Source: Thermoplasmata archaeon | Lineage (GTDB): Archaea > Thermoplasmatota > Thermoplasmata > RBG-16-68-12 | Direction: 5' to 3' | Length of the DNA: 32,000 nt | Assembly (NCBI GenBank): GCA_036555455.1 | Contig: DATBLI010000055.1 | Location: 2,580 to 34,579 of the forward strand | Shown: positions 1-7,728 of the stretch, piece by piece | How positions within the stretch are numbered: position 1 is the first letter of the stretch | Layout of the letters: every line of letters starts with the position of its first letter | The notes under the pieces: generated by a model | The model's database searches: none | Told to the model about the DNA's origin: nothing | The model's input: only the letters and a program-made list of their open reading frames with translations | Position numbers and translations under genes: made by a program

Positions 1-303
1 CTCCCCATCGGCTTCAAGGGCCTCGGATTCTCCCAGTCCCACCAGCTCCTCCTTGACGTGCCGAGGTTGAAGGAGACGTGGGGTCTCACCCCCGCGCAGT
101 TCGCGGATCGCCTCGAGGCGAACAACCTCATCGTCGACGCGGTCGGCCGCATCGGGACGAACGAGGTCACGCGGATGGGCGCGAAGGAGGAGGACATGCA
201 GACCCTCGCGGGCCTCATGGTCCGCGCGGCCCGGGGGGAAGCGATTCGGGAGGAGGTGTCGGAGCTGCGGTCAAGGCTCCGCATCTCGTATGTGTTTCCG
301 TGA
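1..303 (+). CDS. glyA: Serine hydroxymethyltransferase, C-terminal fragment (5' end outside window)
   Basis: Frame 1 reads LPIGFKGLGFSQSHQLLLDVPRLKETWG...NLIVDAVGRIGTNEVTRMGAKEEDMQTLAGLM, typical of the SHMT C-terminal domain; stop TGA at 301-303. Confidence 0.88.
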   Translation, partial: LPIGFKGLGFSQSHQLLLDVPRLKETWGLTPAQFADRLEANNLIVDAVGRIGTNEVTRMGAKEEDMQTLAGLMVRAARGEAIREEVSELRSRLRISYVFP

Positions 304-1354
304 CCCGCAAAAGACCATAAGCGGCCCTCCCGTTACTCGCGTCGTGGTGTCCGGATCGCGGTATCGCCGGCAGGAAGTCCTCCCGGAAATCGGGAGAAAG
401 GGCCAGGAGATCCTCGGTCGATCCTGGGCCGTCGTGGTCGGCCTCGGGGCCCTGGGCAGCATTTCGGCAGACCTCCTCGCCCGGGCCGGCGTGGGCCATC
501 TGCGCCTCGTGGATCGCGACGTCGTCGAGCTCGTGAACCTCCAGCGGCAGCCCCTGTACGCGGAGGACGACATCGACCGCCCGAAGGCGGAGGCCGCCGC
601 GGATCGTCTGGCGAAGGTCAACTCGGAGATTGAGATCGAGCCGGTTGCGAGAGACGTCCATCCGATGACCGCAGGGGAAGTCCTGCGGGACGCGGACCTC
701 GTCGTGGACGGGACGGACAACATGGAGACGCGCTACCTTCTCAACGAGGCGACGATCGACGCCCGTGTGCCGTTCGTCTATGGAGGCGCGATTGGCACCT
801 ACGGCATGGTCCTCGCGATCCGGGTGCCGGAGACCGCGTGCTTCCGTTGCCTCAATCCGAAAGCCCCGCCGCCTGGCGCCCTCTCAACCTGCGAGACCGC
901 CGGGATCTTCAACGCTCTCTCCGCCCAAGTGGGCGCGATCGAGGCGGGCGAGGCCCTCCGGCTCCTCCTCGGCGAGAAGCCCAGTGGCGACCTCCTCGTC
1001 GTCGACGGATGGCGCTCCGAGATTCAGCGAATCCACGTCGCGCGCCGAGGCGACTGCTCCGCCTGCGTCCGAGGAGAGCGGGAGTACCTTTCCGCGAAGA
1101 GGAACGAAGTCCTCACATCGCTGTGCGGCAGCGACACGATTTCATTGGATCCGTTGCGCCGGGGAACGGTGGACTTGGACACCCTCGCGAACCGTCTCCG
1201 CGCCCTAGGGACCGTGCGGCGCCTCGGGAGGGTCCTGGTTGCAGATGTGGAAGGCAGACACCTGACCGTCTTTGCCGACGGGCGAGTCCTCATCCGCGGG
1301 GTTTCCAAGGAATCCGAGGCCCGGGCGGTCTATGCGAAGTACGTGGGGGTGTGA
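290..1354 (+). CDS. ThiF/MoeB/HesA-family E1-like adenylyltransferase
   Basis: RYRRQEVLPEIGRKGQEIL, GLGALGSISADLLARAGVGHLRLVDRDVVELVNLQRQPLY, DGTDNMETRYLLNEA, CFRCLNP and CSAC. The real start may be the GTG at 344 or 347. Confidence 0.93.
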   Translation: MCFRDPQKTISGPPVTRVVVSGSRYRRQEVLPEIGRKGQEILGRSWAVVVGLGALGSISADLLARAGVGHLRLVDRDVVELVNLQRQPLYAEDDIDRPKAEAAADRLAKVNSEIEIEPVARDVHPMTAGEVLRDADLVVDGTDNMETRYLLNEATIDARVPFVYGGAIGTYGMVLAIRVPETACFRCLNPKAPPPGALSTCETAGIFNALSAQVGAIEAGEALRLLLGEKPSGDLLVVDGWRSEIQRIHVARRGDCSACVRGEREYLSAKRNEVLTSLCGSDTISLDPLRRGTVDLDTLANRLRALGTVRRLGRVLVADVEGRHLTVFADGRVLIRGVSKESEARAVYAKYVGV

Positions 1355-2028
1355 CCTCGGCCGCGAAGGGAATCCTCCTCCTCAGTGGCGGCTTCGACAG
1401 CCCTGTCGCGGGCTATCTCATGGGCCGCCAAGGGTTCGACGTGGCCGCGGTCCATTTCTCTCTCGAACCGATCACGGACGAGGAATCCACGAAGAAAGCC
1501 CGGAAGCTCGCCCACATCCTCGGCCTCCGCGCTCTCTATGTGGTTCGCGTGGGTGAGGCCTTCGCGGAAGTGGCCCACGCCTGCAACCGCCGATTCTACT
1601 TCGTCCTCACGAAGCGCCTCATGGTCCGTCTCGCCGATGCGATTGCGGACCACGAAGCCGCAGATGTCCTCGTCACGGGGGAGAACCTCGGCCAGGTCTC
1701 GAGCCAAACCCTTCTGAACCTCAAGGCGATCGACGCGGTCGCCCGCCATCCCGTCCTCCGTCCCCTCATCGGGATGGACAAACAGGAGATCGTGGACCGC
1801 GCGAAGGGAATCGGCACGTATGAGGTATCTGTCGGCCCCGAGATCTGCGACCTCCTGGGTCCGCCGCGGCCGGCGACCCATGCACGCCTTGACCAGATTC
1901 TTGCGGAGGAGGAGAAGCTCGACATCGAGGGCCTCGTGGGCCGCTGCCTCGAGACCATTTCCTCGGCAAACTTGAAAGACTACCGTGTCCTTGAGGGGGA
2001 ACCCTCCGAGGCGAAGGCGCCGCGATGA
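1351..2028 (+). CDS. ThiI-like PP-loop ATPase (C-terminal-type domain only, no THUMP or rhodanese domain)
   Basis: GTG start at 1351 gives ILLLSGGFDSPVAGYLMGRQGFDVAAVHFS and LVTGENLGQVSSQTLLNLKAIDAV. The upstream extension of this ORF (from 838) is out-of-frame overlap with the E1 gene. Confidence 0.88.
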   Translation: MTSAAKGILLLSGGFDSPVAGYLMGRQGFDVAAVHFSLEPITDEESTKKARKLAHILGLRALYVVRVGEAFAEVAHACNRRFYFVLTKRLMVRLADAIADHEAADVLVTGENLGQVSSQTLLNLKAIDAVARHPVLRPLIGMDKQEIVDRAKGIGTYEVSVGPEICDLLGPPRPATHARLDQILAEEEKLDIEGLVGRCLETISSANLKDYRVLEGEPSEAKAPR

Positions 2029-2309
2029 CGTACTATCTCCTCAAGCCGTGCCGCACGGCCACGGCGTTCATCTCCACGCTCAAGAGACCGACGCGGGTTG
2101 ACCTCGGCCGCGCCGCGGATGCCCTCCGGAGGTCGGGCTATCCCGTGAACGACGTGAAGGTCATGCTCGTCGTTGGAGGCGAGCCGGAGCTCACGCTCTA
2201 CGAGAGCGGGAAGGTCCTCGCAAAGACGGACGACGCAGCTATCGCGCGCGAGGCGATCGATCGGCTCTACGAGTCGATCGGCCTCGCGGTATCCATCCCC
2301 TCCTCCTGA
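2025..2309 (+). CDS. Uncharacterised 94-aa protein; resembles the C-terminal domain of the upstream E1-like protein
   Basis: ATGA overlap with the ThiI-like gene. VDLGRAADALRRSGYPVNDVKVMLVVGGEPELTLYESGKVLAKTDDAAIAREAIDRLYESIG aligns with the E1 C-terminus. Confidence 0.8.
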   Translation: MTYYLLKPCRTATAFISTLKRPTRVDLGRAADALRRSGYPVNDVKVMLVVGGEPELTLYESGKVLAKTDDAAIAREAIDRLYESIGLAVSIPSS

Positions 2310-2315
2310 GCTCAT

Positions 2316-2333
2316 GTTCTCATTCTTGAGAAC
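2316..2333. other. Perfect 7-bp inverted repeat (GTTCTCA-TTCT-TGAGAAC)
   Basis: Read directly, 7 nt after the stop codon at 2307-2309. Confidence 0.6.
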
Positions 2334-2531
2334 TCTCCGCCGCGACGCTCCGGGGTCGAACCCTCACGTTCGCGGATGGCGGCCCCGTGGAGGTCTCACG
2401 CCGACGAACCCGCTCGGGCTGTGGAACGGCCTGGCGATGTTCACCCGGGATCTCGACCGGGCCCACTCGATCCAAGTGAACCGGGACCGCCCAGGGAAAG
2501 ACTTGAGTCCTGCCTCCCCCTGTCCTAGTCC

Positions 2532-3014
2532 GTGAAGAGGGTCCTCGACAGTTCGGCACTCTTGACGGGACGCCAGTTCCCCGGGGAGCTCCTCACGGTG
2601 CCTGCGGTCTTGCAGGAACTCCGTCGGCATGGAATCACGCCCCAGCTACGGGCGATCCTCGACATCCAGGTCCGTGTCCTGCCTCCCTCGAAGGAGAGTG
2701 TGGAACTGGTTGCCGCGGCGGGACGGTCCACAGGCGACGCGCCGCGCCTCTCCCCGACCGACGTGCAGCTCCTCGCGCTCGCCCTGGAGGCCGAGGCGAC
2801 CCTCGTCACCGACGACTACTCAATCCAGAATCTCGCGAGGGCGCTCCGCATCCCCTATGAGACCATTCTCGAGCCGGGAATCAAAGAGGAGTGGCGGTGG
2901 ACATACCGCTGTACGGGCTGCAGTCGTACCTGGCCGGAGTGGCATGATCAATGCCCGGTCTGCGGTTCGCCCCTGAAGACGTCCCGGCCCATGGTCAAAC
3001 GTGGAACGCGATGA
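2532..3014 (+). CDS. nob1: Nob1 family endoribonuclease (PIN domain plus zinc ribbon)
   Basis: MKRVLDSSALL, LSPTDVQLLALALEAEATLVTDDYSIQNLA and C-terminal zinc ribbon YRCTGCSRTWPEWHDQCPVCGSPL. Confidence 0.9.
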   Translation: MKRVLDSSALLTGRQFPGELLTVPAVLQELRRHGITPQLRAILDIQVRVLPPSKESVELVAAAGRSTGDAPRLSPTDVQLLALALEAEATLVTDDYSIQNLARALRIPYETILEPGIKEEWRWTYRCTGCSRTWPEWHDQCPVCGSPLKTSRPMVKRGTR

Positions 3015-4092
3015 GCAGTACGTCGATTACGAAGAGAAGGACGATGAGGATCTCGAGGAGGAGCATCCGCCGCCCCTGGACCTCTGCCTGGACAACGCGG
3101 TAGATCTCGGAGAGATCCTGCATCTTGTCCGCAACGGTCCGCCGCCAGGATTCGAGTTCGAACTTCCTCGCGCATCCACGATAGACCTTCCCGAGGAACC
3201 AGTCGCCCCACAGCTTCGAGATGTTCTCCACCGCGAAGGTGGCCTCCGCGAGGTCCATCCGGAGCCCCGCGAGGTCCTTCACCTTCTCCCCTCCGCTTCG
3301 CAGGAAGGAGCCGCGGCGGAAGAAGTCCTCCACGTCGTCGTAGGCCTTGTCGATCACCTTGTCGAGGTACGCGTCGTAGGTCCGGAGTTCGAGGAGCTGT
3401 AGGTTCGCGATCTCGAACACCGTCAAGGTATCCTCGTAGCTGGCGGTGGGCTCGATCACGAGGGCCGCGTCCCATTCAACGACAACGAGGTCGTCGCGGT
3501 AGTAGGAAAGCCAGTTCTTCCAGGTGTCCTCGACCTCCTCCTCGCTGATGTCGTCAGGCCGAGGGTCCGCCGCGAGGAGCGCGGTCACCTCCCGCCGCCA
3601 GTCCTCCTGGAATGTGCGGACGGGGTGCTCCGACACCGTGATGCAGTAGACGGTGTAGGGCTCCGGCTCCACGCGGACATCGTAGGAATCGTGCATGAAG
3701 GGTACGAGGTCCTCGACGATCCGGGCCGCGGTCCGAGCCGTGAAGCCGTCGAGGGTCTCTTCCTTATCCGTGCCGCGGATCCGCAGGTTCCCGAAGGGCT
3801 TCAGTTCCCGGAGGGAGTTCGCCTCGAACGGCACACGAAGGACGACGGCGAGGGCGCCGACGCCGTACAGCTTGACGGCGATCGTCGCCATCAGGGGACC
3901 GAGGTTCGTCTCCAGGTTCCTTTGATCCACGGAAACGAGGAGGGGCTCCGCAACCCGCGCGTACCTTGGTGCGGCGCGCTCGGACACGATTCGGCCCGCG
4001 AGGAACGGCATGTCCACTCGCCGGTTGATCTCCGCAAGGTCTACGGAGGCGCCGATGTCGAAGATGCGGTAGTAGACGACCTCGCCTTTCAT
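2995..4092 (-). CDS. Uncharacterised protein with one C-terminal transmembrane helix; RMD1/DUF155-like architecture suspected
   Basis: 365-aa ORF ending LLLEILIVLLFVIDVLLIAFHV (TM helix). The preceding helical region TVFEIANLQLLELRTYDAYLDKVIDKAYDDVEDFF and RRTVADKMQDLSEIYRVVQAEVQGRRM resembles the DUF155 C-terminal layout by eye. Confidence 0.8.
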   Translation of the reverse strand: MKGEVVYYRIFDIGASVDLAEINRRVDMPFLAGRIVSERAAPRYARVAEPLLVSVDQRNLETNLGPLMATIAVKLYGVGALAVVLRVPFEANSLRELKPFGNLRIRGTDKEETLDGFTARTAARIVEDLVPFMHDSYDVRVEPEPYTVYCITVSEHPVRTFQEDWRREVTALLAADPRPDDISEEEVEDTWKNWLSYYRDDLVVVEWDAALVIEPTASYEDTLTVFEIANLQLLELRTYDAYLDKVIDKAYDDVEDFFRRGSFLRSGGEKVKDLAGLRMDLAEATFAVENISKLWGDWFLGKVYRGCARKFELESWRRTVADKMQDLSEIYRVVQAEVQGRRMLLLEILIVLLFVIDVLLIAFHV

Positions 4093-4138
4093 GCCGTGGC
4101 CGGGAGACGGCTGGGCGTCTTAAGGGATGCGGTCTCTG

Positions 4139-4999
4139 TCATGCGCCATACCGGCGCAACCGCTGCTGGTACGACCGGATGGCCCGGAGGAAGTCGATCT
4201 TCCGGAAGCCCGGCCAGTAGACGTCCACGAAGTACAGCTCGGAGTAGGCGAGTTGCCAGAGGAGGAAGTTGGAGATGCGCTCCTCGCCGCTCGTCCGGAG
4301 CACGAGATCGGGGTCAGGAAGGTCCGCGGTGTAGAGGCGCCGGGAGAAGAACTTCTCGTCGATGTCGTCCGCGCGGACCTTGCCCGCTTGGGCATCCTTG
4401 ACGACATCGCGGATCGCCTGGAGGATCTCCTCGCGCCCTCCGTAGGCCACGGCGAGATTGAAGCGGTACGCGCCGTAGTCCTTCGTGCGACCCTCCGCGT
4501 ACTCGATTGCTTCGCGGACCTCGGACGGCAGGATGTCCCGGTCCCCGAAGACCATGATCTTAATCTTGTGCTGGTGGACGCGGGCGTCGTCGCCGACCTT
4601 CCGGAAGTTCTCCGCGAAGATCCGCATGAGGTGCTGGACTTCCTCGCTCGGCCTTCGGATGTTCTCCGTGGAGAAGGCATAGACGGTAAGGATGTGCACG
4701 CCGACCTCGAGGCACCACTCGAGGACCTCTTCGAGTTTGTCCCGCCCCTTCGTGTGCCCGTCGAGGGCGTTCCCCAAGCCGATCTCCCGCGCGAACCGGC
4801 GGTTCCCATCCATGATGATGGCCACGTGGTTCGGCATCGCGGCGGAAGTGACCTGGTGCAGCAGCCGCCGCTCGTATGCTTGGTATGCGGCGTCGCTGAT
4901 GATCTTGGACGGGTCCAACCGGCGGGGCAAGCGCGTTCCCATCCACCCCGTTCTATTTATCCGTTCCTCGGAGCCCTCCATGACGGCGGTCACCCGCAA
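4139..4999 (-). CDS. uppS: Di-trans,poly-cis isoprenyl diphosphate synthase (cis-prenyltransferase)
   Basis: NHVAIIMDGNRRFAREIGL, GHTKGRDKLEEVLEWCLEVGV, TVYAFSTEN, NLAVAYGGREEI and PDPDLVLRTSGEERISNFLLWQLAYSELYF. Start codon uncertain. Confidence 0.95.
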   Translation of the reverse strand: MRVTAVMEGSEERINRTGWMGTRLPRRLDPSKIISDAAYQAYERRLLHQVTSAAMPNHVAIIMDGNRRFAREIGLGNALDGHTKGRDKLEEVLEWCLEVGVHILTVYAFSTENIRRPSEEVQHLMRIFAENFRKVGDDARVHQHKIKIMVFGDRDILPSEVREAIEYAEGRTKDYGAYRFNLAVAYGGREEILQAIRDVVKDAQAGKVRADDIDEKFFSRRLYTADLPDPDLVLRTSGEERISNFLLWQLAYSELYFVDVYWPGFRKIDFLRAIRSYQQRLRRYGA

Positions 5000-5062
5000 A
5001 TGTTTAAGTAGCGACTCCTGGATGGGAACGACGTAGCCCTCCCCTTTCCAGCGTGACTTCCT

Positions 5063-5911
5063 GTGACCTTATCGATGAAGCTGAGCCAGTATCAAGACCT
5101 CTATCGTAGGCTCTCCACGCCCGAGGACATCGACTTCCTTGGGGAGAACTTCGGCTATGATAAGGAACTCCTCCTGGTCATTCACACGCAACGAGTCGTC
5201 CGCGACACCACGAAGCGCTTCTACCGTGTGAAGGCCCAGGCGAAACGCCTGGCGTGGATGTGGCAGCAGGGGGACAGCCTCGTCTCCATCGCGAAGAAGT
5301 ACGAATTCCCGCCGATCCTGACGAGCCTTATGGTCCTCGAGCAGCGCAAGATCCCCCGGAAGCAGTTCTGGAAGATGATCCGGGATGTCCCCAACGTCCG
5401 CGACCGACGCCTGCGCCGGGAACTCGCGGAGGTCGTCGCCACGGATATCGTCTACAGCCCGGTGGGGAGTGCCCGCCAGTTTGCTCGGGGCCGATGGGGC
5501 GAGAAGAAACTCCAGTCGTGGCTGGATGCGCGCGGCCTGAAGTACGAAACAGAAAAGGACCTTCGGGCGAAGTACGACAAGACCCCGGACGTCCTCCTCC
5601 ATCGGCCCCTCGAGTTGAACGGCTCCAAGAAATACTGGATCGAGTCCAAGGCAATCTTCGGCGATCCCTATGAGATTCGGCGGCACGTCAAGAAACAGAT
5701 GCGGCCCTACAGCGACATGTTCGGCGACGGGACGGTCGTGTACTGGTTCGGCCATGTGAACGACCAGGAGTACGAGCTTCCCGAGGGCGTCGACATCGTG
5801 GACGGGGACTTCTTCGAGAGCCCGCTCCAACCCTATCCGTACGTCCCCGTGCACGAGACGCCGGTGGACCTCGCATCCCCCGAGGCCGGCGCGGTCGACC
5901 TCGAAGAGTAG
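5063..5911 (+). CDS. TPD-motif protein (CDIN1/C15orf41-like predicted nuclease)
   Basis: N-terminal helical region, then ARGRWGEKKLQSWLDARGLKYETEKDLRAKYDKTPDVLL...KKYWIESKAIFGD: TPD motif plus a downstream E-x-K consistent with the PD-(D/E)XK fold. Start GTG 5063 or ATG 5075. Confidence 0.75.
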   Translation: MTLSMKLSQYQDLYRRLSTPEDIDFLGENFGYDKELLLVIHTQRVVRDTTKRFYRVKAQAKRLAWMWQQGDSLVSIAKKYEFPPILTSLMVLEQRKIPRKQFWKMIRDVPNVRDRRLRRELAEVVATDIVYSPVGSARQFARGRWGEKKLQSWLDARGLKYETEKDLRAKYDKTPDVLLHRPLELNGSKKYWIESKAIFGDPYEIRRHVKKQMRPYSDMFGDGTVVYWFGHVNDQEYELPEGVDIVDGDFFESPLQPYPYVPVHETPVDLASPEAGAVDLEE

Positions 5912-5963
5912 GGGAAACCAGGCCGGAAACGTTTAAGGGGGCCCTCCGCATCTTCGCGGCCGG

Positions 5964-6272
5964 ATGCCCAGCGAGGAAGAGATTACCCGCGTCCGCATGC
6001 CCCACCTGCGGGAAGGCGAGATCATGGGGATCGCGGACCAGCTCCTGGGCGCCTCCCGGATCCGAGTGATGTGCTCGGATGGAAAGAGCCGCCTCGGGCG
6101 GATCCCGGGGAAACTGAAGAAACGAATGTGGATCCGCGAGGGAGACCTCCTCGTCGTCAAGGTGTGGCCCTTCCAGGACGACAAGTGCGACATCCGCCAC
6201 CGGTACACGAAGACGGAGGCCTCCTACCTAAGCCGGAGGGGCGTCATCCCGAAGTCCATCAACATCTTCTGA
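5964..6272 (+). CDS. eif1A: Translation initiation factor aIF-1A
   Basis: MPSEEEITRVRMPHLREGEIMGIADQLLGASRIRVMCSDGKSRLGRIPGKLKKRMWIREGDLLVVKVWPFQDDKCDIRHRYT. Confidence 0.96.
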   Translation: MPSEEEITRVRMPHLREGEIMGIADQLLGASRIRVMCSDGKSRLGRIPGKLKKRMWIREGDLLVVKVWPFQDDKCDIRHRYTKTEASYLSRRGVIPKSINIF

Positions 6273-6323
6273 AGGGCCCGCAAAGCTCTTAGTGCACCGG
6301 GCGGTACGATATCTTCTTGCGGC

Positions 6324-7085
6324 ATGATCGACGAACGGCACTTGCACCTCTTGGAGTCCCAGATTGACGCGATGCGGACTCGGGAGAAGGACTCTGACGC
6401 CAGGAAGACGTACGATCAGGTCTTCGACCGTGCTTGCCTCCTCGTCCTCCAAGGCCTCATCAGCGAGGGGACCCTTTCGACCCTCGACTACCCCGTGAGC
6501 ACGGGGAAGGAGGCGAGCGTCTTCCACGGGACTTCGGACAGCGGAAAGGCGAAGGCTGTGAAGATCTACCGCATCGCGACGGCCACCTTCAAGAACATCG
6601 CGGTCTACATCGAAGGTGACACTCGGTTCAAGCGTGTGAAACGAGCGACGAAGCCGACGATCTTCGCCTGGGCGCAGAAGGAGTACCAAAATCTCGTCCG
6701 GATGCACGACGCGAGCGTGCGCGTGCCGACGCCGGAGCGCGTCGAGGCGAACGTCCTTGTCATGGAGTACATCGGGGACGAGACCCGGCCTGCGCCCGTC
6801 TTGAAGGACGTTCTCTTGGAAGACCCTGCGGATGTGTACGATGACGTCGTCGAGAACATGCGGCGGATCCGGAAGTCCGGGCTCGTCCACGCGGACATGA
6901 GCGAGTACAACCTCCTCTTCTGGGACGGCCGTGTGGTCGTCATTGACTGCGGCCAGGCCGTGCCCTTGGACCATCCGCGGGCTGTGGAGTGGTTCCACCG
7001 GGATGTGACCAACATTGCGCGGTTCTTCCACCGAAAGGGCGTGAACGTGACGCCCAAGGACCTCCTGGGTATCCTCGGAGGGTGA
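6324..7085 (+). CDS. rio1: RIO1-type serine protein kinase
   Basis: STGKEASVF, KIYRIATATFKN, LVHADMSEYNLL and VVIDCGQAVPLDHPRA (RIO hallmarks). Confidence 0.95.
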   Translation: MIDERHLHLLESQIDAMRTREKDSDARKTYDQVFDRACLLVLQGLISEGTLSTLDYPVSTGKEASVFHGTSDSGKAKAVKIYRIATATFKNIAVYIEGDTRFKRVKRATKPTIFAWAQKEYQNLVRMHDASVRVPTPERVEANVLVMEYIGDETRPAPVLKDVLLEDPADVYDDVVENMRRIRKSGLVHADMSEYNLLFWDGRVVVIDCGQAVPLDHPRAVEWFHRDVTNIARFFHRKGVNVTPKDLLGILGG

Positions 7086-7089
7086 CGTC

Positions 7090-7626
7090 ATGCTCTACGC
7101 CCGGATTCCCCAGGACCGCGTCGGCGTCCTCGTCGGGCCCGAAGGTGGCACGAAATCGCGCCTCCAGGAAGCGACCGGCGTTCATCTCTACGTCGAGTCC
7201 ACGACGGGGGAGGTCACGATTGACGAGCGAGGCGCCGCCGACCCCGTGCTGGCCCTCAAGGCGAGGGACATCGTCCAGGCAATCGGCCGGGGTTTCTCGG
7301 AGGACCGCGCCTTCCGCCTCCTCGACGATGATGTCTACCTCGAGGTCCTCGACATCAAGGACTTCGCAAAGTCGAAGGCACGAATCGAGCAGATCCGCGC
7401 GAGGCTCATCGGCACCCGCGGGAAAACCCGGCGGCTCATCGAGGAGCTCACCGGCGTGGACGTGTCCGTGTATGGCCATACAGTCGCTCTCCTCGGCTCG
7501 ACTTTCGAAATGGCGATCGCCCGCGAAGCCGTCGTCATGCTCCTCCGTGGAAGCGAGCACGCGACCGTGTACCGCTTCCTCGAGCGGAAGCGGGCGGACA
7601 TCAAGGCTTGGCAGATGGGCTTCTGA
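7090..7626 (+). CDS. KH-domain RNA-processing protein (Krr1/Pno1-Dim2 type)
   Basis: Two KH-like segments: IPQDRVGVLVGPEGGTKSRLQEATGVHLYVESTTGEV and ARLIGTRGKTRRLIEELTGVDVSVYGHTVALLG. Follows rio1 directly. Confidence 0.9.
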   Translation: MLYARIPQDRVGVLVGPEGGTKSRLQEATGVHLYVESTTGEVTIDERGAADPVLALKARDIVQAIGRGFSEDRAFRLLDDDVYLEVLDIKDFAKSKARIEQIRARLIGTRGKTRRLIEELTGVDVSVYGHTVALLGSTFEMAIAREAVVMLLRGSEHATVYRFLERKRADIKAWQMGF

Positions 7627-7665
7627 ACCCGCGCAGCGCGACCTGGCGAACCGACCGACAAATCG

Positions 7666-7674
7666 TTATATAAG
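7666..7674 (+). promoter_or_regulatory. TATA box for ppdK
   Basis: TTATATAAG within aaatcgTTATATAAGcc, about 50 nt upstream of the ppdK GTG. Confidence 0.65.
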
Positions 7675-7712
7675 CCAGAGGCATCCAACGCTCTGCAGGG
7701 TGGAGTTCTGCC

Positions 7713-7728
7713 CAAGTACGTGTACTTG
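7713..7728. promoter_or_regulatory. 7-bp inverted repeat CAAGTAC-GT-GTACTTG spanning the ppdK start codon
   Basis: Perfect dyad read directly. Its centre (7720-7721) coincides with the predicted GTG start. Confidence 0.5.

Noticed and set aside
2340-2440. tRNA-like T-arm string (ggggtcgaaccct) in the pre-nob1 gap
   Set aside because: Tested on both strands: T-stem, anticodon arm and acceptor do not pair, so no tRNA was called.
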